Source: the human T2T-CHM13v2.0 reference genome, Homo sapiens
Assembly (NCBI RefSeq): GCF_009914755.1
Contig: NC_060948.1
DNA: 64,000 bases
Direction: 5' to 3' (one strand)
Both the position numbers and the translations under genes were made by a program. This document shows positions 28,354-42,579 of this stretch, one piece after another (the first letter of the stretch is position 1; each line of letters starts with the position of its first letter). Below the pieces are notes generated by a model. The model made no database searches. It was given only the letters and a program-made list of their open reading frames with translations, and was not told where the DNA came from.

Positions 28354-31300
28354 TCAAAAGGAATGTAATGGAATGGATTGGACTGGAATGCAATGGACTC
28401 GAATAGATTGGAAACGGAATGCAAAGGAATGGAATGGAATAGTATGGAATGGAATGGAAAGGAATGGAGTGGAATAGACTAGAGTGGAATGGAATGGACT
28501 GGAAAGCAATAGACTGGAATGGAACATTCTTGAATGGACTGGAATCAAACGGAATGGAATGCAATGCAATCAAATGGCATGGAATAAAATAGAATGAAAG
28601 AGAATCAAATGGAATTGAATCGAATGGAATCGAATGGATTGGAAAGGAATAGAATGGAATGGAATGGAATTGACTCAAATGGAATGGACTAGAATGGAAT
28701 GGATTCGAATGGAAGGCAAAGGAATGGAATCTATTGGAATGGACTGGAATGGAATGGAAGGAATTGGAATGGACTCGAATGGAATGGACTGCAATAGAAA
28801 GGATTCGAATGGAATGAAAAAGAATTGAATGGAATAGAACAGAATGGAATCAAATCGAATGAAATGGAATGGAATAGAAAGGAATGGAATGAAATGGAAT
28901 GGAAAGGATTCGAATGGAATGCAATCGAATGGAATGGAATCGAACGGAATGGAATAAAATGGAAGAAAACTGGCAAGAAATGGAATCGAAATGAATGGAG
29001 TGTTATGGAACGGACTCAAAAGGAATTGAATGTAATAGAATGGAGTGGAGTGGACTCGAATATAATGGACTGGAATGGAATGAAATCACATGGAATGGGA
29101 ACGAATGGAATGGAATGGAAAGGAATGGAATCGAATGGAAAGGAATCGAATGGAAGGGAATGAAATTGAATCAACAGGAATGGAAGGGAATAGAATAGAC
29201 GGTAATGGAATGGACTCGAATTGAATGGACACGAATGCTCAAATTGAATGGACAAGAATGGAATGGAAACGAAAGGAATGTCATCGAATGGAATTGAATC
29301 GATTGGAATGAAATCGCATAGAATGGAGTGGAATCAAATGGAATTGAATCGAAAGGAAAGGAAGCGAATGGACTGAAATGAAATGGAATGGAATTGAATG
29401 GAAAGTAACGCAATGGAATAGAATGGAACGAAATTTCACGGAATGGAATCAAACTGAATGGAATCAAATCAATGGAATCTAATCAAATGGAATGGAAAGG
29501 AATTGAATGGAGTAGATTGGATTGGATGGGATTGGAATGAAATGTACTGGAAAGGACTCGAATTTCAAGAAACGGAATGGAATGAATTGGAACGGAATGG
29601 ACTCGAAAGGAATGGAATGTCATGGAATGGCATCAAATGGAATGGCATCAAATGGAATGGAATCGAATGCAATGGAATGCTATGGAATGGAATGGAATGC
29701 ATTGGAATGGAATGTCCTCTAATGGAATGGATTCGAGTGGAATGGAATCGAATATAATGGAGTCGAATGAAATGGAATTGAAAAGAATGGGATCGAATAC
29801 AATGGAATATACTGGAATGTAATGTAATGAACTCGAATGTAATTGACTGGAATGGAATGTACATGAATGGAATGTAATCGAATGGAAAGTAATCCAATGG
29901 AATAGAAACTAATGCAATAAAATCGACTCAAATAGAGTAGAATGTAATGGAATGGAGTGCAGTGCAATGGAATGGAATGGAATGGAATGCAATGGAATGG
30001 AATGGAATGTTATGGAATGGAATGGAATGGATTGGAATGGGATGGAATGGTATGGAATGGATAGTAATGGACTGGAGTGAAATGGACTGGAAAGGAATGG
30101 ACTCAAATTGTAAGGGCTCGAAAGGAATGGAGTCAAATGGAATAGTCTGGAATGGAATGAACACGAATGTAATGCAATCCAATAGAATGTAATCGAATGG
30201 CATGGAATATAAAGAAATGGAATCGAAGAGAATGGAAACAAATGGAATGGAATTGAATGGAATGGAATTGAATGGAATGGGAACGAATGGAGTGAAATTG
30301 TATGCAGTAGAAGAGAATAGAATGGAATGCAAGCGAAAGGAAAGGAATGGATTGGAATGGAATGGAATTCATTGGAATGGAAGGGAATGTAGTGTAATGG
30401 ACAGGCCTGGAATAAAGTGGAATGCTACGGTCTCGAATGGAATAAAAATGTATGGAATGGAATGCAATGAAACGGAATCGAATGTCATAGAATGTAATGG
30501 AATGCAACAAAATGGAATCCAAAATCATTGACTGGAAAGGCTGGGTGTCGAAAGGAATTGACTCCAATGGAATGGAATCGAATGGAATGGAAGTGAATAG
30601 AATCGAACTAAATCGAATGGAATGGAATTGATAGGAACGGAATGGAGAGGAATGCAATGATTTGGCATGGAATGCAATCGAATGGCATCGAATGGAATGG
30701 AATGGAATGCAATGGAATGGAATGTATTAGAATGTAATGAACTTTAATGGAATGTACTCGAATGGATTCGACTGGAATGGAATGTTCTGGAAGTGAATGG
30801 ACTCCAATGGAATGGATTCAAAAGGAATGGAATCGTACGGAATGGAATCTAATGGAATGGAATTAAATGGAAATGAATCAAATTGAATAGCACGGAATTG
30901 AATTGAATGGAATGGAATGCAATGGAATCTAATGAAACGGAAAGGAAAGGAATGGAATGGAATGGAATGGGCTGGAATGGAAAGGAATCGAAACGAATGG
31001 AATGGAATCGAAGTGAAGAGACTGGAATGGAATGCACTGGAATGGAAGGGAGTGTAATGGAAGGTTCTCGAAAAAAATGGAATCGAATGGAATGGAATTG
31101 AATGGAACGGAATAGAGTCGAATGGAATTGAATGGAATGGAATGGACTAGAGTGAAATGGAATCGAACCACAAGGAATGGACAGGAATAGAATGGTCTCG
31201 AATTGAATGGAATCGTATGGAATGGCATCAAACGGAATGGAATGGACAGCCACGGAATGGAATGCACTCGAATGCAATGGAGTCGAAACTAATGGACTGG

Positions 31301-31907
31301 AATAGAATGGACTCGACTGGTACGGACTCCAATGGAATGGAATCGAATGGAAGGGAATCGAACGGAATGGACTCGAAGGGAAAAGACTGCAATGGAAAGG
31401 TCTCGAATGGAATGGAAATTAATGGAATGGAATGGAATCGAATGAAATGGAGTCAAAAGGAATGGAATCGAATGGCAAGAAATCGAATGTAATGGAATCG
31501 CAAGGAATTGATGTGAACGGAACGGAATGGAATGGAATCCAAAGGAATGGAATAGAATGGAATGGAATCGAATGGAAAGGACTCGAATGGAAATCACTCG
31601 AATAGAATGCAATTTAATAAAATAGGATCAAATGTAATGGAATGGAATGGAAAGGAATCGAAACGAAAGGAATGGAGACAGATGGAATGGAATGGAACAG
31701 AGAGCAATGGTATAGAATGGAATGGAATCATCTGGAATGGAATTGAATGGAATGGAATAATATGAAATGGAATGGAATGGAATGCCCTTGAATTAAATGG
31801 ACTGGAATGGAATGGACTCGAACAGAGTGGAATGGAAAGTGTTGAGATAGAATGGAATGGACTCGTTTGGAATGGTCTAGTATGCAATGCAATCGACTGG
31901 CAGGGAA
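28354..31907 (+). repeat. DYZ1 unit 9 (3554 bp; haplotype B)
   Basis: Anchor spacing. Shares diagnostic variants with units 12 and 13. Confidence 0.9.
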
Positions 31908-34900
31908 TCAAAAGGAATGTAATGGAATGGATTGGACTGGAATGCAATGGACTCGAATAGATTGGAAACGGAATGCAAAGGAATGGAATGGAATAGTATG
32001 GAATGGAATGGAAAGGAATGGAGTGGAATAGACTAGAGTGGAATGGAATGGACTGGAAAGCAATAGACTGGAATGGAACTTTCTTGAATGGACTGGAATC
32101 AAACGGAATGGAATGCAATGCAATCAAATGGCATGGAATAAAATAGAATGAAAGAGAATCAAATGGAATTGAATCGAATGGAATCGAATGGATTGGAAAG
32201 GAATAGAATGGAATGGAATGGAATTGACTCAAATGGAATGGACTAGAATGGAATGGATTCGAATGGAAGGCAAAGGAATGGAATCTATTGGAATGGACTG
32301 TAATGGAATGGAATGGAAGGGATTGGAATGGACTCGAATGGAATGGACTGCAATAGAAAGGATTCGAATGGAATGAAAAAGAATTGAATGGAATAGAACA
32401 GAATGGAATCAAATCGAATGAAATGGAGTGGAATAGAAAGGAATGGAATGAAATGGAATGGAAAGGATTCGAATGGAATGCAATCGAATGGAATGGAATC
32501 GAACGGAATGGAATAAAATGGAAGAAAACTGGCAAGAAATGGAATCGAAATGAATGGAGTGTTATGGAACGGACTCAAAAGGAATTGAATGTAATAGAAT
32601 GGAGTGGAGTGGACTCGAATATAATGGACTGGAATGGAATGAAATCACATGGAATGGGAACGAATGGAATGGAATGGAAAGGAATGGAATCGAATGGAAA
32701 GGAATCGAATGGAAGGGAATGAAATTGAATCAACAGGAATGGAAGGGAATAGAATAGACGGTAATGGAATGGACTCGAATTGAATGGACACGAATGCTCA
32801 AATTGAATGGACTCGAATGGAATGGAAACGAAAGGAATGTCATCGAATGGAATTGAATCGATTGGAATGAAATCGCATAGAATGGAGTGGAATCAAATGG
32901 AATTGAATCGAAAGGAAAGGAAGCGAATGGACTGAAATGAAATGGAATGGAATTGAATGGAAAGTAATGCAATGGAATAGAATGGAACGAAATTTCACGG
33001 AATGGAATCAAACTGAATGGAATCAAATCAATGGAATCTAATCAAATGGAATGGAAAGGAATTGAATGGAGTAGATTGGATTGGATGGGATTGGAATGAA
33101 ATGTACTGGAAAGGACTCGAATTTCATGAAACGGAATGGAATGAATTGGAACGGAATGGACTCGAATGGAATGGAATGTCATGGAATGGCATCAAATGGA
33201 ATGGCATCAAATGGAATGGAATCGAATGCAATGGAATGCTATGGAATGGAATGGAATGCATTGGAATGGAATGTCCTCTAATGGAATGGATTCGAGTGGA
33301 ATGGAATCGAATATAATGGAGTCGAATGAAATGGAATTGAAAAGAATGGGATCGAATACAATGGAATATACTGGAATGTAATGTAATGAACTCGAATGAA
33401 ATTCACTGGAATGGAATGTACATGAATGGAATGTAATCGAATGGAAAGTAATCCAATGGAATAGAAACTAATGCAATAAAATCGACTCAAATAGAGTAGA
33501 ATGTAATGGAATGGAGTGCAGTGCAATGGAATGGAATGGAATAGAATGCAATGGAATGGAATGGAATGTTATGGAATGGAATGGAATGGATTGGAATGGG
33601 ATGGAATGGTATGGAATGGATAGTAATGGACTGGAGTGAAATGGACTGGAAAGGAATGGACACAAATTGAAAGGGCTCGAAAGGAATGGAGTCAAATGGA
33701 ATAGTCTGGAATGGAATGAACACGAATGTAATGCAATCCAATAGAATGTAATCGAATGGCATGGAATATAAAGAAATGGAATCGAAGAGAATGGAAACAA
33801 ATGGAATGGAATTGAATGGAATGGAATTGAATGGAATGGGAACGAATGGAGTGAAATTGTATGCAGTAGAAGAGAATAGAATGGAATGCATGCGAAAGGA
33901 AAGGAATGGATTGGAATAGAATGGAATTCATTGGAATGGAAGGGAATGTAGTGTAATGGACAGGCCTGGAATAAAGTGGAATGCTACGGTCTCGAATGGA
34001 ATAAAAATGTATGGAATGGAATGCAATGAAAGGGAATCGAATGTTATAGAATGTAATGGAATGCAAAAAAATGGAATCCAAAATCATTGACTGGAAAGGC
34101 TGGGTGTCGAAAGGAATTGACTCCAATGGAATGGAATCGAATGGAATGGAAGTGAATAGAATCGAACTAAATCGAATGGAATGGAACTGATAGGAACGGA
34201 ATGGAGAGGAATGCAATGATTTGGCATGGAATGCAATCGAATGGCATCGAATGGAATGGAATGGAATGCAATGGAATGGAATGTATTAGAATGTAATGAA
34301 CTTTAATGGAATGTACTCGAATGGATTCGACTGGAATGGAATGTTCTGGAAGTGAATGGACTCCAATGGAATGGATTCCAAAGGAATGGAATCGTACGGA
34401 ATGGAATCTAATGGAATGGAACTAAATGGAAATGAATCAAATTGAATAGCACGGAATTGAATTGAATGGAATCGAATGCAATGGAATCTAATGAAACGGA
34501 AAGGAAAGGAATGGAATGGAATGGAATGGGCTGGAATGGAAAGGAATCGAAACGAATGGAATGGAATCGAACTGAAGAGACTGGAATGGAATGCACTGGA
34601 ATGGAAGGGAGTGTAATGGAAGGTTCTCGAAAAAAATGGAATCGAATGGAATGGAATTGAATGGAACGGAATAGAGTCGAATGGAATTGAATGGAATGGA
34701 ATGGACTAGAGTGAAATGGAATCGAACCACAAGGAATGGACAGGAATAGAATGGTCTCGAATTGAATGGAATCGTATGGAATGGCATCAAACGGAATGGA
34801 ATGGACAGCCACGGAATGGAATGCACTCGAATGCAATGGAGTCGAAACTAATGGACTGGAATAGAATGGACTCGACTGGTACGGACTCCAATGGAATGGA

Positions 34901-35476
34901 ATCGAATGGAAGGGAATCGAACGGAATGGACTCAAAGGGAAAAGACTGCAATGGAAAGGTCTCGAATGGAATGGAAATTAATGGAATGGAATGGAATCGA
35001 ATGAAATGGAGTCAAAAGGAATGGAATCGAATGGCAAGAAATCGAATGTAATGGAATCGCAAGGAATTGATGTGAACGGAACGGAATGGAATGGAATCCA
35101 AAGGAATGGAATAGAATGGAATGGAATCGAATGGAAAGGACTCGAATGGAAATCACTCGAATAGAATGCAATTTAATAAAATAGGATCAAATGTAATGGA
35201 ATGGAATGGAAAGGAATCGAAACGAAAGGAATGGAGACAGATGGAATGGAATGGAACAGAGAGCAATGGTATAGAATGGAATGGAATCATCTGGAATGGA
35301 ATTGAATGGAATGGAATAATATGAAATGGAATGGAATGGAATGGAATGGAATGCCCTTGAATTAAATGGACTGGAATGGAATGGACTCGAACAGAGTGGA
35401 ATGGAAAGTGTTGAAATAGAATGGAATGGACTCGTTTGGAATGGTCTAGTATGCAATGCAATCGACTGGCAGGGAA
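31908..35476 (+). repeat. DYZ1 unit 10 (3569 bp; B-related)
   Basis: Anchor spacing. Carries B markers (GAAACTAATG, GTTATGG, ATAGTCTGG, GGAGAGG) plus private variants. Confidence 0.9.
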
Positions 35477-38400
35477 TCAAAAGGAATGTAATCGAATGGA
35501 TTGGACTGGAATGCAATGGACTCGAATAGATTGGAAACGGAAAGCAAAGGAATGGAATGGAATAGTATGGAATGGAATGGAAAGGAATGGAGTGGAATAG
35601 ACTAGAGTGGAATGGAATGGACTCGAAAGCAATGGACTGGAATGGAACTTTCTTGAATGGACTGGAATCAAACGGAATGGAATGCAATGCAATCAAATGG
35701 CATGGAATAAAATAGAATGAAAGAGAATCAAATGGAATTGAATCGAATGGAATCGAATGGATTGGAAAGGAATAGAATGGAATGGAATGGAATTGACTCA
35801 AATGGAATGGACTAGAATGGAATGGATTCGAATGGAAGGCAAAGGAATGGAATCTATTGGAATGGACTGTAATGGAATGGAATGGAAGGGATTGGAATGG
35901 ACTCGAATGGAATGGACTGCAATAGAAAGGATTCGAATGGAATGAAAAAGAATTGAATGGAATAGAACAGAATGGAATCAAATCGAATGAAATGGAATGG
36001 AATAGAAAGGAATGGAATGAAATGGAATGGAAAGGATTCGAATGGAATGCAATCGAATGGAATGGAATCGAACGGAATGGAATAAAATGGAAGAAAACTG
36101 GCAAGAAATGGAATCGAAATGAATGGAGTGTTATGGAACGGACTCAAAAGGAATTGAATGTAATAGAATGGAGTGGAGTGGACTCGAATATAATGGACTG
36201 GAATGGAATGAAATCACATGGAATGGGAACGAATGGAATGGAATGGAAAGGAATGGAATCGAATGGAAAGGAATCGAATGGAAGGGAATGAAATTGAATC
36301 AACAGGAATGGAAGGGAATAGAATAGACGGTAATGGAATGGACTCGAATAGAATGGACACGATTGCTGAAATTGAATGGACTCGAATGGAATGGAAACGA
36401 AAGGAATGTCATCGAATGGAATTGAATCGATTGGAATGAAATCGCATAGAATGGAGTGGAATCAAATGGAATTGAATCGAAAGGAAAGGAAGCGAATGGA
36501 CTGAAATGAAATGGAATGGAATTGAATGGAAAGTAATGCAATGGAATAGAATGGAACGAAATTTCACGGAATGGAATAAAACTGAATGGAATCAAATCAA
36601 TGGAATCCAATCAAATGGAATGGAGTAGATTGGATTGGATGGGATTGGAATGAAATGTACTGGAAAGGACTCGAATTTCATGAAACGGAATGGAATGAAT
36701 TGGAACGGAATGGACTCGAATGGAATGGAATGTCATAGAATGGCATCAAATGGAATGGCATCAAATGGAATGGAATCGAATGCAATGGAATGCTATGGAA
36801 TGGAATGGAATGCATTGGAATGGAATGTCCTCTAATGGAATGGATTCGAGTGGAATGGAATCGAATATAATGGAGTCGAATGAAATGGAATTGAAAGGAA
36901 TGGGATCGAATACAATGGAATATACTGGAATGTAATGTAATGAACTCGAATGTAATTGACTGGAATGGAATGTACATGAATGGAATGTAATCGAATGGAA
37001 AGTAATCCAATGGAATAGAATCTAATGCAATAAAATCGACTCAGATAGAGTAGAATGTAATGGAATGGAGTGCAGTGCAATGGAATGGAATGGAATGGAA
37101 TGCAATGGAATGGAATGGAATGGAATGGAATGGAATGGGATGGAATGGTATGGAATGGATGGTAATGGACTGGAGTGAAATGGACTGGAAAGGAATGGAC
37201 TCAAATTGAAAGGGCTGGAAAGGAATGGAGTCAAATGGAATGGTCTGGAATGGAATGAACACGAAAGTAATGCAATCCAATAGAATGGAATCGAATGGCA
37301 TGGAATATAATGAAATGGAATCGAAGAGAATGGAAACAAATGGAATGGAATTGAATGGAATGGAATTGAATGGAATGGGAACGAATGGAGTGAAATTGTA
37401 TGCAGTAGAAGGGAATAGAATGGAATGCAAGCGAAAGGAAAGGAATGGATTGGAAAGGAATGGAATTCATTGGAATGGAAGGGAATGTAGTGTAATGGAC
37501 AGGCCTGGAATAAAGTGGAATGCTACGGTCTCGAATGGAATAAAAATGTATGGAATGGAATGCAATGAAACGGAATCGAATGTCATAGAATGTAATGGAA
37601 TGCAAAAAACTGGAATCCAAAATCATTGACTGGAAAGGCTGGGTGTCGAAAGGAATTGACTCCAATGGAATGGAATCGAATGGAATGGAAGTGAATAGAA
37701 TCGAACTAAATCGAATGGAATGGAATTGATAGGAACGGAATGGAAAGGAATGCAATGATTTGGCACGGAATGGAATCGAATGGCATCGAACGGAATGGAA
37801 TGGAATGCAATTGAATGGAACGTATTAGAATGTAATGAACTTTAATGGAATGTACTCGAATGGATTCGACTGGAATGGAATGTTCTGGAAGTGAATGGAC
37901 TCCAATGGAATGGATTCAAAAGGAATGGAATCGTACGGAATGGAATCTAATGGAATGGAATTAAATGGAAATGAATCAAATTGAATAGCATGGAATTGAA
38001 TTGAATGGAATCGAATGCAATGGAATCTAATGAAACGGAAAGGAAAGGAATGGAATGGAATGGAATGGGCTGGAATGGAAAGGAATCGAAACGAATGGAA
38101 TGGAATCGAACTGACGAGACTGGAATGGAATGCACTGGAATGGAAGGGAGTGTAATGGAAGGTTCTCGAAAAAAATGGAATCGAATGGAATGGAATTGAA
38201 TGGAACGGAATAGAGTCAAATGGATTTGAATGGAATGGAATGGACTAGAGTGAAATGGAATCGAACCACAAGGAATGGACAGGAATAGAATGGTCTCGAA
38301 TTGAATGGAATCGTATGGAATGGCATCAAACGGAATGGAATGGACAGCCACGGAATGGAATGCACTCGAATGCAATGGAGTCGAAACTAATGGACTGGAA

Positions 38401-39015
38401 TAGAATGGATTCGACTGGTACGGACTCCAATGGAATGGAATCGAATGGAAGGGAATCGAACGGAACGGACTCGAAGGGAAAAGACTGCAATGGAAAGGTC
38501 TCGAATGGAATGGAAATTAATGGAATGGAATGGAATCGAATGACATGGAGTCAAAAGGAATGGAATCGAATGGCAAGAAATCGAATGTAATGGAATCGCA
38601 AGGAATTGATGTGAACGGAACGGAATGGAATGGAATCCAAAGGAATGGAATAGAATGGAATGGAATCGAATGGAAAGGACTCGAATGGAAATCACTCGAA
38701 TAGAATGCAATTTAATAAAATAGGATCAAATGTAATGGAATGGAATGGAAAGGAATCGAAACGAAAGGAATGGAGACAGATGGAATGGAATGGAACAGAG
38801 AGCAATGGTATAGAATGGAATGGAATCATCAGGAATGGAATTGAATGGAATGGAATAATATGAAATGGAATGGAATGGAATGGAATGGAATGCCCTTGAA
38901 TTAAATGGACTGGAATGGAATGGACTCGAACAGAGTGGAATGGAAAGTGTTGAGATAGAATGGAATGGACTCGTTTGGAATGGTCTAGTATGCAATGCAA
39001 TCGACTGGCAGGGAA
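35477..39015 (+). repeat. DYZ1 unit 11 (3539 bp; haplotype A from ~36600)
   Basis: Anchor spacing. A markers lie 10662 bp from those in unit 8. Confidence 0.9.
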
Positions 39016-42000
39016 TCAAAAGGAATGTAATGGAATGGATTGGACTGGAATGCAATGGACTCGAATAGATTGGAAACGGAATGCAAAGGAATGGAATGGA
39101 ATAGTATGGAATGGAATGGAAAGGAATGGAGTGGAATAGACTAGAGTGGAATGGAATGGACTGGAAAGCAATAGACTGGAATGGAACATTCTTGAATGGA
39201 CTGGAATCAAACGGAATGGAATGCAATGCAATCAAATGGCATGGAATAAAATAGAATGAAAGAGAATCAAATGGAATTGAATCGAATGGAATCGAATGGA
39301 TTGGAAAGGAATAGAATGGAATGGAATGGAATTGACTCAAATGGAATGGACTAGAATGGAATGGATTCGAATGGAAGGCAAAGGAATGGAATCTATTGGA
39401 ATGGACTGGAATGGAATGGAAGGAATTGGAATGGACTCGAATGGAATGGACTGCAATAGAAAGGATTCGAATGGAATGAAAAAGAATTGAATGGAATAGA
39501 ACAGAATGGAATCAAATCGAATGAAATGGAATGGAATAGAAAGGAATGGAATGAAATGGAATGGAAAGGATTCGAATGGAATGCAATCGAATGGAATGGA
39601 ATCGAACGGAATGGAATAAAATGGAAGAAAACTGGCAAGAAATGGAATCGAAATGAATGGAGTGTTATGGAACGGACTCAAAAGGAATTGAATGTAATAG
39701 AATGGAGTGGAGTGGACTCGAATATAATGGACTGGAATGGAATGAAATCACATGGAATGGGAACGAATGGAATGGAATGGAAAGGAATGGAATCGAATGG
39801 AAAGGAATCGAATGGAAGGGAATGAAATTGAATCAACAGAAATGGAAGGGAATAGAATAGACGGTAATGGAATGGACTCGAATTGAATGGACACGAATGC
39901 TCAAATTGAATGGACAAGAATGGAATGGAAACGAAAGGAATGTCATCGAATGGAATTGAATCGATTGGAATGAAATCGCATAGAATGGAGTGGAATCAAA
40001 TGGAATTGAATCGAAAGGAAAGGAAGCGAATGGACTGAAATGAAATGGAATGGAATTGAATGGAAAGTAACGCAATGGAATAGAATGGAACGAAATTTCA
40101 CGGAATGGAATCAAACTGAATGGAATCAAATCAATGGAATCTAATCAAATGGAATGGAAAGGAATTGAATGGAGTAGATTGGATTGGATGGGATTGGAAT
40201 GAAATGTACTGGAAAGGACTCGAATTTCAAGAAACGGAATGGAATGAATTGGAACGGAATGGACTCGAAAGGAATGGAATGTCATGGAATGGCATCAAAT
40301 GGAATGGCATCAAATGGAATGGAATCGAATGCAATGGAATGCTATGGAATGGAATGGAATGCATTGGAATGGAATGTCCTCTAATGGAATGGATTCGAGT
40401 GGAATGGAATCGAATATAATGGAGTCGAATGAAATGGAATTGAAAAGAATGGGATCGAATACAATGGAATATACTGGAATGTAATGTAATGAACTCGAAT
40501 GTAATTGACTGGAATGGAATGTACATGAATGGAATGTAATCGAATGGAAAGTAATCCAATGGAATAGAAACTAATGCAATAAAATCGACTCAAATAGAGT
40601 AGAATGTAATGGAATGGAGTGCAGTGCAATGGAATGGAATGGAATGGAATGCAATGGAATGGAATGGAATGTTATGGAATGGAATGGAATGGATTGGAAT
40701 GGGATGGAATGGTATGGAATGGATAGTAATGGACTGGAGTGAAATGGACTGGAAAGGAATGGACTCAAATTGTAAGGGCTCGAAAGGAATGGAGTCAAAT
40801 GGAATAGTCTGGAATGGAATGAACACGAATGTAATGCAATCCAATAGAATGTAATCGAATGGCATGGAATATAAAGAAATGGAATCGAAGAGAATGGAAA
40901 CAAATGGAATGGAATTGAATGGAATGGAATTGAATGGAATGGGAACGAATGGAGTGAAATTGTATGCAGTAGAAGAGAATAGAATGGAATGCAAGCGAAA
41001 GGAAAGGAATGGATTGGAATGGAATGGAATTCATTGGAATGGAAGGGAATGTAGTGTAATGGACAGGCCTGGAATAAAGTGGAATGCTACGGTCTCGAAT
41101 GGAATAAAAATGTATGGAATGGAATGCAATGAAACGGAATCGAATGTCATAGAATGTAATGGAATGCAACAAAATGGAATCCAAAATCATTGACTGGAAA
41201 GGCTGGGTGTCGAAAGGAATTGACTCCAATGGAATGGAATCGAATGGAATGGAAGTGAATAGAATCGAACTAAATCGAATGGAATGGAATTGATAGGAAC
41301 GGAATGGAGAGGAATGCAATGATTTGGCATGGAATGCAATCGAATGGCATCGAATGGAATGGAATGGAATGCAATGGAATGGAATGTATTAGAATGTAAT
41401 GAACTTTAATGGAATGTACTCGAATGGATTCGACTGGAATGGAATGTTCTGGAAGTGAATGGACTCCAATGGAATGGATTCAAAAGGAATGGAATCGTAC
41501 GGAATGGAATCTAATGGAATGGAATTAAATGGAAATGAATCAAATTGAATAGCACGGAATTGAATTGAATGGAATGGAATGCAATGGAATCTAATGAAAC
41601 GGAAAGGAAAGGAATGGAATGGAATGGAATGGGCTGGAATGGAAAGGAATCGAAACGAATGGAATGGAATCGAAGTGAAGAGACTGGAATGGAATGCACT
41701 GGAATGGAAGGGAGTGTAATGGAAGGTTCTCGAAAAAAATGGAATCGAATGGAATGGAATTGAATGGAACGGAATAGAGTCGAATGGAATTGAATGGAAT
41801 GGAATGGACTAGAGTGAAATGGAATCGAACCACAAGGAATGGACAGGAATAGAATGGTCTCGAATTGAATGGAATCGTATGGAATGGCATCAAACGGAAT
41901 GGAATGGACAGCCACGGAATGGAATGCACTCGAATGCAATGGAGTCGAAACTAATGGACTGGAATAGAATGGACTCGACTGGTACGGACTCCAATGGAAT

Positions 42001-42579
42001 GGAATCGAATGGAAGGGAATCGAACGGAATGGACTCGAAGGGAAAAGACTGCAATGGAAAGGTCTCGAATGGAATGGAAATTAATGGAATGGAATGGAAT
42101 CGAATGAAATGGAGTCAAAAGGAATGGAATCGAATGGCAAGAAATCGAATGTAATGGAATCGCAAGGAATTGATGTGAACGGAACGGAATGGAATGGAAT
42201 CCAAAGGAATGGAATAGAATGGAATGGAATCGAATGGAAAGGACTCGAATGGAAATCACTCGAATAGAATGCAATTTAATAAAATAGGATCAAATGTAAT
42301 GGAATGGAATGGAAAGGAATCGAAACGAAAGGAATGGAGACAGATGGAATGGAATGGAACAGAGAGCAATGGTATAGAATGGAATGGAATCATCTGGAAT
42401 GGAATTGAATGGAATGGAATAATATGAAATGGAATGGAATGGAATGGAATGGAATGCCCTTGAATTAAATGGACTGGAATGGAATGGACTCGAACAGAGT
42501 GGAATGGAAAGTGTTGAGATAGAATGGAATGGACTCGTTTGGAATGGTCTAGTATGCAATGCAATCGACTGGCAGGGAA
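39016..42579 (+). repeat. DYZ1 unit 12 (3564 bp; haplotype B)
   Basis: Anchor spacing. Near-identical to unit 13. Confidence 0.9.
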